In this document: in pieces, positions 23,880 through 35,800 of the stretch
Position numbering within the stretch: position 1 is the first letter of the stretch
Layout of the letters: each line of letters starts with the position of its first letter
Source of the DNA: Mytilus trossulus
Lineage: Eukaryota
Direction of reading: 5' to 3'
Length of the DNA stretch: 64,000 bases
Assembly (NCBI RefSeq): GCF_036588685.1
Contig: NC_086380.1
Location: 19,902,001 to 19,966,000, forward strand
The notes under the pieces: generated by a model
The model's database searches: none
The model's input: the letters and a program-made list of their open reading frames with translations, nothing else
Told to the model about the DNA's origin: nothing
Translations under genes and position numbers: made by a program

Positions 23880-26800
23880 TTAGCTTCTTTCTTTGAAGTT
23901 GACCATAATTCCATTCTTTGCTCTCATGACGACCTCCATGAAATGTTCAACCTTGTGATCAGGATCTAAGGAAATCTCAAATCTGAAAATTAAAGAACAT
24001 GTTATATTATTTAAAAATGGCGGAACTCCATTGATCACATCATAACATCCTTCTGTATGTATAAGCCATTGGATTATATCAAAAGGGCATTGAATCACAT
24101 TTTACAATATTGATCTGTATAATAGATATTTACGTAAAGGAGTATACTATACAACACCCCATCAACACAAAAAAAAATATATAGCCTAAAACAAAGTCTT
24201 TGTTAAACTTTAAAAAGCTCACTTTAATAAATTTAGAATGTGTCTTATGGCAACAGACATTTGTAAATATGCACAAATCAGCTTGCACATACTGATTCAG
24301 GATTCATGAAGTTAAAGACTGTTTTGTTATTAAAAGCATTGTGAATAAGTTTCAACACATTCGGTTGAGGCAAACTATATTTATAGAACTGAAACGAAAC
24401 ATTCAGTCATTTTTATGTTTATAAAGGGGCATAACATATGACGGTATAAGTGACTCCAACAAATTTTGAACTTGATCTGTATTTTGTGGTAATAAGTTTT
24501 GTGTATTAGTTATAGAACATTTGATTTAGGCAAACTAAAGTTAGAGAATGGAAACCAATTTTGAGGATGAACACTTAAAATGTTGTTATTTTTAAAAGAG
24601 TATGTATAATCCTGCCTTTAACATCAAATTCCTCCAAATAGCCCAAAAAAAATACAATCACTGCAAGGTTTCTGACTTAACTGGGATAAGCATGTGAAAA
24701 TGTAGCAGTTTGGAAATAGAATTTTTATAATCCTCACTCATAAGATTTAGGCATATTATTAAATTACATATAAAACATACCTGTTAACTATTCTTGCGAT
24801 CAGAACTTTTTCTTCATGCTGGGCAAATGCTTGTCCAATACAATTTCTAAAGAAGAACAGATAAATATGAGTTGAACTGGGTTAACTGCTTTTAAAAAAA
24901 AAATCCTTTAAGTTTTTCTATGCTTGACAATAGACTGAATAGAGACCAGTCATACACTGAGCAATGTTAACTTTACAAATAATTTTATCTAAAGTCAATA
25001 AATTTGACATATACATGTATCTACTATATCAATTATTCATGTTAAAATTAATTTTCTTGGTTCAGCTAAGAAAGCTACAAGGAGACACCATCATCTGTTT
25101 AAAAATAGAATATAAGGGAGATTACTCTAATTTACCATGGTCAAGCTGGAAAAGGTATACCATCCTTAGTTTATTTCTGTCTAAAATCTGATTAATTCAT
25201 CATTTTTATCATGGATGAGGGGGTAGGAGGGTTCTGATCCCGAAATCCTGGGCTTAAAAACATGAAATCCTGATGACCCAAATTTAAAGAAATTAAAATC
25301 CTGATATCCTGAAATCAAAAAAGGAATTCCTGGATCCCGAAAGGATCAATCCCGAGCCTAAAAAAAAACCATCCTGACATCATGAAAAAATGTCCTCCCC
25401 CCTCTATTATGGTACAGCTCAGAAAGCTTCATGACTTGATACCATTAAGGTTCATGTGGAGCCTTCTTCTAAAATGGCTGCAGTCTTTGAGTACAGACAA
25501 ACCTATGTATCTGAAAGGTTTTCAGACAAATCATATCCTAGCAGATAAATGAAATTCAAATAGATGTTATTTTAGAAAATTGAAGACTTAAGAAAGTTTA
25601 CTGGATTTTACATTCCTCCAGAAGTAGAAAAATAAACTAAGATAGGAAAGAGGTTTGAGAACTTCCCCACTGGTTAAAATTGAGTTGAACTATTAATGAT
25701 TGACATTGCCAATAGAGAAACAATAGATACCTGACAATAATTGGTGATTTAAACTGTGTACCTGAGTGGACCATATCAAGTGCTTATTTTATTTCCTAAA
25801 GTGCACTGCAAAATCCAGTTTTTAATAAGTTTTAATTTTTTTAAAACATAAAATGCATTAGAAATTAATTTAACTAGGGTATGCTATGCCTTAAATTTTC
25901 AGATGTGCAGGTTTGTCTGACTCAGAGTAATTTTGGAGGTAAAAATGCAGCCATTTAAGGCAATGGGTCTATGACAGAGTTAAAGACTTTCAGATGTGTT
26001 TATAGGTTTTTAATGCTAATGTTTGAGACTCATTAATTATGTTTTATATCATATATTCTACCTGGACAATAAGTTAATATATATCTAAGTGATAATGGAC
26101 ATTTTATAATCAAAGTGACAATAATGCCTCAGGGCTTAATCCTTTATCCTTCTTAAATTAGAGACATTGCTAAAAGAGTTGTATTAATTATTTATCTTTC
26201 TTTATCTGGATAATAACTTGTTTATATTTGTCAACACATTATGTAATAATTAATCTTAGCTTATTGTTTAATTCTCATATATATGTACTATTTTGTGAAA
26301 GATATAAGTTTGGAAGTCACAGCGTTGGTGACAAGTTCCAGTCTTGGAAATAAATTATATACTAAGTGGAATTAATCTTCTGTGTATTACTGCTAGTTTA
26401 CGGTGCATGGTTATTTAGGTTTAACAATTAGTTGTGACCAAATCCTCATACCAGTCTCCTAGTTTTATACTGTGGATTTCTTGGTTAGAGGTCCACATGA
26501 ACCTTTAATATACGTTTGAAATCAGAATCATGGGGAAATAACTCATGTTTACCTTGGCCCAGCTGAAAAAGGTACAAAACTATATGGGTCCATTTCATGA
26601 TGTTTGTCTTCTTCAAATCTTTCAGGTTTAAATTCCTGTAAAAACAGTAATGTTTAAAAAATATGATATGACAAATTTGTACAATACTTAAGGTGGTACC
26701 CAACACTTTCCCTAAAATTAATTTGGCTTGTTTAATTTTCATAAAATTTTGACAAAGTATTTACTTTGACCCTTTTACAAAAATATAAAAAATTCAAAAA

Positions 26801-29800
26801 AATTGAACCAAGCGTTTTATCAGAAAAATGACACTGGTTATATAGCAGTTTGACAAACACTAATTTTGATCATTGAGAAACTTTACATTCCCTTCACAAT
26901 GCAACGTAATTAAAACGTTTAGCTGATATTACAGAGTAATTTCCCAGTAGTGTTAGGTACCACCTTAATTTAAACTAAACTCTTAAAGATTTTAACCATT
27001 TGCAGTCTATATATACTAGAACTGTAGCTTACTGTGGATTCATTATTTTAATTCGTTGGATACCAATTTCTATGGGTTTCTTGGGTAGAGGTAAACCACA
27101 AATTTAAATCTTCAACGAATAATTTTCTATAGGCTTTGCATACAGAGATTGACAAAAACCACGAAATCAAATATCCACGAATATGAAAGTTTTCAGTTAT
27201 ACACAAAAACTGATACCCATGAAAATAAATGAATCCACAGTAACTTATACTGCCTGCTTCCTGATTTGATAAATAAGTATACATATGACTGAAAAACAGG
27301 GTATCAAAGATGTTGATAATATAGATTTGATGTTGTCTTAGATAGATATAGGAAGATATGGTATGATGTAAGGACATTCCTACATGGTCGATGGTAGTTG
27401 AGTCTTCCATACAAATTATCTTCTATCAATCTACAGTCTTTAATGATAGGGAGAAACATAGTCGTATTAATGTGACTAATAAGACCATTAGGGAGCTACC
27501 ATTTGATTTTAAGGGGGGGGAGGGGGTAGGATGAAATTTGAATAAATGAGGCAGGACAGGAGTTTTGAGTAAAAAAAAAAGGCAGGATGAGACACTTGCA
27601 AAAAAAAAGTCAGGACGACAATTTAGGTAATAAAAGTCAGGATAAACTAAAAAAAAAAGGCAGGACCGATCAGAGTGAAAAATAAAAAGGCAGGACAGAG
27701 ATTACAGCTAAAAAAAAATGCAGAACAAAATTTTTCATCCTAGTTGGATGTTGATCAACTGAATAGGGGGGTTTATTGCTATTTTCTAATGGACACTACA
27801 CAACATACTGTTTCAAATGAATAAATTATGAATTCGTCATATGAAATAATTCACAGGTTTTTATCATTATATTTGTGTGTAAGATCATAAAAGCACTGTA
27901 TTTTGTAGACTTGTTTTTCAAATAGTTTTCTTTACTCACTTAAAAGTGGTTCACTTTCAAGGAATTTCCAACTTTTCTGTAGCCTTGTGTCACAACTTGA
28001 CACAAATTATGGTCATTTAGATCTGATTATGTACTTCCGTACAGCGGGTAAATTTCATGGGTGTAAAATTTCACGATTTTCTTTGAATAAGGTATACGAA
28101 ATATTTTGGCAGGTTCAAAACTTTTATCAATACCTTTGCATTTGTACTTTTAAATTCGCGGGATTTATTTTGGCTATTTTGTTCTATCTGCGAAAATAAG
28201 CTAAAATTAACACCCCATGAAAATAACCCGCAATATGGTAATGTATACAAATACTTACCCATGGCTCTGGCCAAATGTGTGAATTATGGTGAACATCAAA
28301 CATACTCAGACCAAAAAGACTACCTTCTGGGAATTCTACCCCTTCCACAACACAAGGTTCCTGTAACATTCTACTAACTGTAGGGACCGGGGAATGGCAT
28401 CGTAATACTTCTTTTACAAACATGCTTAAGTATTTCATTTTGGAAATATCGTCACTGAAAAAAGATGGGTTAAATGAAAAGAAATGTACTAATATATATA
28501 TACAAACTACTAACCCATGGTTCTGGCCAAACATGTGAATTATGGTGAACATCAAACATACTCAAATCAAAAATGCTGCCTTCTGGGAATTCTACCCCCT
28601 CCACAACACAAGGTTCCTTTATCATCCTACTAACTGTAGGGACCGGGGAATGGCATCGTAATACTTCTTTTACAAACATACCTAAGTACTTCATTTTGGA
28701 AATATCATCACTGAAAAACATGGATGTAATGAAAAGAAACAACATAATTTATGACCAAATCAACAGTTTTAATGTTTAAAAAAATAAAAAACATGAAAAA
28801 CATTGCTTAAAATATTTTATCTAACATATTGTGGGTGATGCCTTAGAATTTCTTTCAAAAACTTGTTTCTTAAATATCGAAATTGAAAGAAACAACATGC
28901 ACTGTTACCTGATCCAAATTGTATATCAATTTTCAAGTTATTGAAATATAATATATATGAAAAAAAGGGTGTTACTGTGACATTATTGACCAAGTCATTC
29001 TTTAACAAATTAATTTGCTTTAACTTGTGTTATTACCAGTTACACACCTATATAATAGTTATGAGTTTTTTCTGTACTAATTTTTTGTATGTTTTTTTCT
29101 CATTTGCTATTTAATGATTGATTTCAAAAGGATATGGGCTGCAAATTAAAACAACAAGTTTAACCCCAACATGTAAATTTTGTAGTTAAGTGCATGTCCA
29201 AAGTTTGGAACCTGCGATGCCTATTACTGTGGATTCATTTATGTTCGTGGGTACTAATTTTCATACCAACGAAATCCACGAAAATTGGTATCCCAAGATT
29301 AATAATGAATCCACAGTATTCACAATTTTGTTCATTATAAATTTTTTTTTACATAAATAATTGAAAAAAACAAGAATATTTATTGTAATAGGAAATAACT
29401 TTAAAAAGGACTGAACTACATTTTATGTTGTCTAAATAAATCAAAGATATATATATATAAAAGACTCAGAGGTGCGATGGGGATGCTAAATTAAAATGGT
29501 CTACGCTCAAGTACAATGGTCAGTTAGCTGATGTGCGATGGTCTATTAGAAGCATGATGACTGGTTTAAAATCTACAGGTGTGCAATCAGTATAAGAAGT
29601 AGATTTTATAGCAGCCAGTATATATGTTCCAGACCGTATGAGTATTTGGACCCTACGCGTACGGTCCCTATTCATATTCATACTTTTTCTAAATACTTGT
29701 ACGGTCTGACTAATATTAAGAAGTTGGTCAAGTTTATTAGATACAAATGCATATTAGAGATCAACATAACTTAACTCTCAAATAAATATAAAAAAGTTCA

Positions 29801-32800
29801 ATTAAAATTGAAATAAAAACTTTATATTCTAACTATTTAAAAAAAGCACGCTAATCAACTCTGTTAATCTCTTGTATTTAGCATGTTGATCAGTTATAAA
29901 ACATTAATTGATTGAGGATCACTGAAATTGAAGAAAGCTGAAGTAATTTAAAATATAATATGGGAGAACAGTTATTTTAGAATGTTTAGCAACTTTACAA
30001 AAAATGCAAATGCAAAGGAACATGTATGAACTGCAAACATGTATATTTTAAATGTAAAAAAATATTACGTTATTTGTTGTAGCAAGTGTTACCTTGAGCA
30101 TACCAAAATAGGATTCAGATATACAATTAAACAAATGTTTAATTTCAATTGTTTGTTTGTTCAGTTTATCCATCTTATTGTGCTAACAATTTGTAAAAAT
30201 AAAAATTAATGTTATAAATTGTTAATATAACCAATATGATCCAATCACATGTATGTTCAGCTCGTACTGGACCATAAGGGTATATTCATACGGTCCAAAT
30301 ACTTATATGGTCTGGAACATATACATTCAATATTGTCTATGCATGTCCTTCAGTTGCATTCTAAATCAGACTCTTTGATTTCATGCATCAGAACATAATT
30401 TAACGCTATCATTTTATCTTTACTTTGTTCCTCTTAATTACTGTTATTCAAAAATAAAGAGTCTGTCTGCTAACCTGTATGTATAGAGAATGCCACACTT
30501 CATTGTATGTAAAAGGAATGTTTTGGTGATTAAAAAAAAATATCTCAAAAGATGATTTACTTTCCATATTCACCAATTCTCCCAGTTTCTCATAGTGTTA
30601 TAAGTTTATTATCCCTTAATTAACTTAAAACACAGCATACTGATTCCAACATACAAATTGACTTCAACTTCAACATTTAAAGCTTTGAAAATGTTGTTAT
30701 TGAAGACCATTGCACTTCAGCATTACTGCACCATCGCATGTCAGCGAAGCTATTAAACAAGGAATTATTTGAATCTGAAATAATTTTGAATTCTGGAAAA
30801 TTGATTTAGTTGGATTAGTTTTTATCATCAATTTCTTATTAATTTTTCAGGATGCAAAATTATGCCAGATTCAAATACTTCCCTTGTTTCAACAAGATAA
30901 CATCACAATGCAACCATCACACCTCAGCATGACCATTATGGTTCGGAGTACCATTTTGGTACAGAGTCCTATATATATATATATATATTAATATCAAAAC
31001 AATATATCCTAATAAGTACCTGTCAATATATTGTTTATCTCCAACGACCTCTCTGACCTCTCTATAAACTTTATCCTGTATATCTTTATGTTTACCTAAA
31101 CTGTACATACTCCAACTGAGGGCACTTGCTGTTGTGTCATGACCTTCAAAAAAATAATAATCTACAATTACAGTTTCAATAAAAGTAAAAGAAGAATGTG
31201 TCTTTAAGGACTGAAATGTCCACGCTCAAGCTTTACAATTTTGTAAGTTATGTACCAATACTGTGAATTCATTTATTTTTGTAGGTATCAATTTTCGTGG
31301 GTTGAGGAAAACTTGCATTTTTGTGGGTGTTTGATTTTCTGGTTTTGTAATTCTCTGTATACATGTATAAAGAAAATGTGTATTTTATTGGACATTTGAG
31401 TTCATGTTCACCGATTCCCGCAAAAAACATGAAAATTGGTATCTAACGAATTATAATAAATCTACAGTAAACAGAAAGACTGAAGAAAAGGTAATAGAAA
31501 TGTATACTCTCTACCTTATAGTGTTGGGTATAACTAGACGAGATAGACAAACTAAGTTTTCCATCAAATAGAGTGATATCCATGACTCTTCCAAATACAT
31601 TTATAAATCCTATATCAAAATATAATACAAAAAAATACCTGCAAACATGAATGTGTCTACTTCATTTCTGATCTCCTCGTCTGTTAGGCCATTGCCGTTA
31701 TCATCTGTAGCCGTTAATAAAATGTCCAAAAAATCTAACTGTTTTTTCTTCTCAGTATCTTTATTATTAGCCTGCAAATGAAAAGAATTTTTATTATATG
31801 ATTTTATCACATCTAAAATATCAAGTTGATCACTTTCTCATTTACCAAATGAATTATCTTCATTAAGAATGATTATGTATGATCTAAATATATCTTGATA
31901 AATATGTTATATTGCTATTTTATGAAATTTTTCTTTGATATTACTGACTGATAATTTCCTTTCTCTAATTTTTGTACTATTTATACATATCCGGAGCGGT
32001 GTGAGAAAAATATTTCTCCTCACAAGTGAAAAATCTGTTCTCAGCAAATGATTAGTCAAAATTTGATTATGATGTCTAAATGTTTTGTTTTCTTCTGAAT
32101 TTTTCCTATTGTGACGTCATGAAAAAAGGGTACAATGCCTGATGACGTCGCATATAAAAAACACAAGTTTCTGAAAATCTTTGAAAAAGAACAATAAAAA
32201 GCATTAGAGAAACAGATTCCGACACTGTAACTCGTGTATTACAATATTTCTCCACTCTCCACAGTTAAATTTTATTATTTAAAGGGATTGGCAAGCCTCA
32301 CGCTTTAAATAATAAAATTTAACTGTCTCGAGTGGAGAAATATCGTAATACACTTGTTGCAGTGTAAGAATCTATATTTCTCTAATTTTTGTGCTATTTT
32401 CACATTTCCTGACTGGTGTGAGAAAAATATTCCTCCTCACTAGTGAAAAATCTGTTCTCCGCAAATGATTAGTCGAAATTTGATTATGACGTCAAAATGT
32501 TTTGTTTTCTTCTCAATTTTCCTATTGTGACGTCATGACAAAAAGGGGACCTTGCCTGATGACATCGCATATGAAGAACACAAGTTTCTGAAAATCTTTG
32601 AAAAAGAATGATTTAAGTCATCAGAGAAACAGATTCCTACACTATAACTCGTGTATTACGATATTTCTCCACTTTCAACAGTTAAATTTAATTATTTAAA
32701 ATGCTCGGCACTTAGCCTCTCGCTTTAAATAATAAAATTTAACTGTCCCGAGTGGAGAAATATCGTAATACACTTGTTGCAGTGTAGAAATCTATATTTC

Positions 32801-35800
32801 TCAGCACAGAAGAATGATATGAAAATTTATTGCTATAAACTATGGGTGCATGTGATGTTGACACTGAAATTAACAATGTCGTCATATGTAAAATAAAGAT
32901 AAACAGATTATCACTGGTCATCTCACCTCCATTGCTTTCTCACGTCTCCGTACAAGCTTAAAAGAGATGACAAACTATAATCTATAAATCTATAAAAATC
33001 TATAAACAGCTAACTAGTTTTCATCAAGACTTAACATCAGATTCCCCACAGCATGTATAATTTGGGTTTAATATCAAGCCTGATGTACTTTAAAAACTTC
33101 TAATTTAAAGACAACTTTCATAGATTGATATCAAATTAACAATAGTCCCACATGAAGAAGATGAAAATGAGGTTCCAGTATAATAGAATATCTCCCACTA
33201 GCAAAGTTTATAAAAAGCCCCATTGATAGAGCTAAACAAATTAAGAAACAGAAGATATATTACCAGATAAGATTCTAATCATATTATTTATGGAGATTGT
33301 TTACCTACCAATTCTGTTCTCCTCTTAGCAATTATATCTTCAGAAAACTGATGAACAAAGTCACAAAGTTTGTAAAACTCTCTTCCAGTAGAAGACAACC
33401 TGAACAATATTGGATTGTACAGAAAAATGTTCCTACAAACAAAATAATAGTTTAATATGAAACAAAAGTTAATTTTGTACAATGCTAAAGTATCTCAGTA
33501 AAATTTGTACAATTTTCTATTCTTGTAAATAAATATAAGTAGATGTGGTATGAGTGCCAATGAGACAACTCTCCATCCAAATCACAATTTGTAAAAAGTA
33601 TATCACTATAGGTTGAAGAACAGCCTTCAACATGGAGCTTTGAACAGTGGCGGATTTACCGGGGGGCACAGGGGGCACATGCCCCCCCAGTTCAGGTCAC
33701 TAAAATTTTTCACTAACATAATTTTATTGCTACTGAAACTTCTAATCTCTTAGTGCAGAAATTGTCACAGCTTGATTAGACTTCTTAAACTGGCCGTTAA
33801 TTAATACCAGGGTCCCCATGCATGATTTATGACAACTTATCGGTGGGTGTGTAAATATTGACACCTGTGTGTAATGTCTCTATGCAAAAGCTTTTATGTA
33901 AAATACATTTATATGTTGATTGGAATAGTACAAATTTGTATTGGTTTATTATACAATACCGATTAAGATTGCTAGTACCAGGTGAAACTTCTGATCTGTG
34001 TATTTGAAGAATATTAAAGTACATTTCCTGTAAATGTACGTTTTTACCAAAACTTTCTTTTTGTGAATTTATCAAGCAACGAATTTCATTCCCCTATTAT
34101 TTTCAAGGGAAATCAACAATTTGTTTTACTCCACCTCCCCTTCCCCTAATGCTTTCCCACTGTCCAGGGAAAATAAATTGACATTTCCTATTAAATAATT
34201 AATAATAAAATGCTATTTGATTTTTGTTAAAAATTTAGTTTGTAACAGAATCTAGGACTTATACATTTCTCTAAAAGCCGAAGCATGCAGTTATATTTGT
34301 TTTTATTGTTCTTGTTTCAATTACCATGTACACGTATGATAATCATGAGGCTATGCAAAAGGCCACCATTTAAGAAGATATGAAGGTGTTTTGCAGATAT
34401 TAGAATAATGTGCAAAAAAGTTAGTCTGGAAGCGAGGCCAAAAAATATAGATAAAAGAAAATAGAGGTGATGAAATATAAAGAAATATTGTTTGATTGTT
34501 GCATGGTTGTTTTACTTCCAGTGGAAAATAGTTGATGCATGTTTAGGTCGAATATAATAAAGATCATTTGGCAGTAAAGTGAAAAAGTAAAAAACGTAAA
34601 ACATATCGAAATATAGAAACTATGATATTTGCCCCCCCCCCCCCCCCCCAACAAACAAAAACAAAAAAAACAAATAAACAAACAAACAAACAAACAAACC
34701 TAAAAAAAAATTGGTTCATGGTGCACCCCCCCCCCCCAGACATCGATGTCCTGGATCCGCCCCTTGACTCACACTAAATAGTAAGCTATAAAGGGCTCCA
34801 AAAATGACTAATGTAAAGCCATTCAAACAGAAAATTTGCAACATGTATCATATTTTGGATTATTTTGATTTTTTATGATTGATGCAATTGTTTTAAACTC
34901 TGTGAAAGGAGATATGTCAATGTGAAAAACAAGAACTATATATGGCTACTGAAAAAAAAAAAATCCTATAATTGATTGATTGATGGTTGGTTAATGTCCA
35001 GTGGCAATCATTACAAGAATATTCAGGATGATAAAATAGTAATTAATCATATGATATTATACCAAACTTTGTCCCCAACAGACCATTCTTCCAGCTCGTT
35101 TACTGTTTTCCTTCTTCTTTCTATCGAAATCAAATCAAATTAAAATTAACAGTCACAAATCATTGTGTTCTCTGAAACTTACAGTGCTCGAGCTAAAACC
35201 AGTGTCACCAATCTTTTCACAGCTTTAACATAAGGATGATTTTCACTGAAAATACAAATGTAAACTTATGAAATCATTTTCTTTAGTTGATTTCTATCTG
35301 TTTTTGTACAAGTTTTCAAAAAGATCTTTTAATCATATCCAAACTGAAAGGCAAACTTTTAACTTTGGAAAAAATGAATATATATACATTGGAGCAAGCC
35401 TCATGATTTTGTTATGATTCTTTAATTCACATATTGTAAATGATTAAAGGCTATATTTTGGAAATGAATTTTACACAAATTGCACTGCAAGGACTTTGAT
35501 ATCAAGTTTCATCCTAAATCTCTTTCAAGTAATTAGTTGTTACACCATTAAGTAATAAAGTTTTGAACTTTTCAGCTAATAGGTATAAGTTTATGTCCAA
35601 TCATTATTTATAACCAAATTGATCCTTACACTTTAAGGCATTAGAGAAAATAAAAAAATGTTGATTAACCATTTTATCCAGATTTAGGGCCAATATATGC
35701 ACTTTTTTCTGTATGAACATTTCTTAGTATATGTATTTGTTGTATATACTGTTAATTCAGAAATTATCGCAATGTTTTTATAAGAATTGTGACAGGATTA

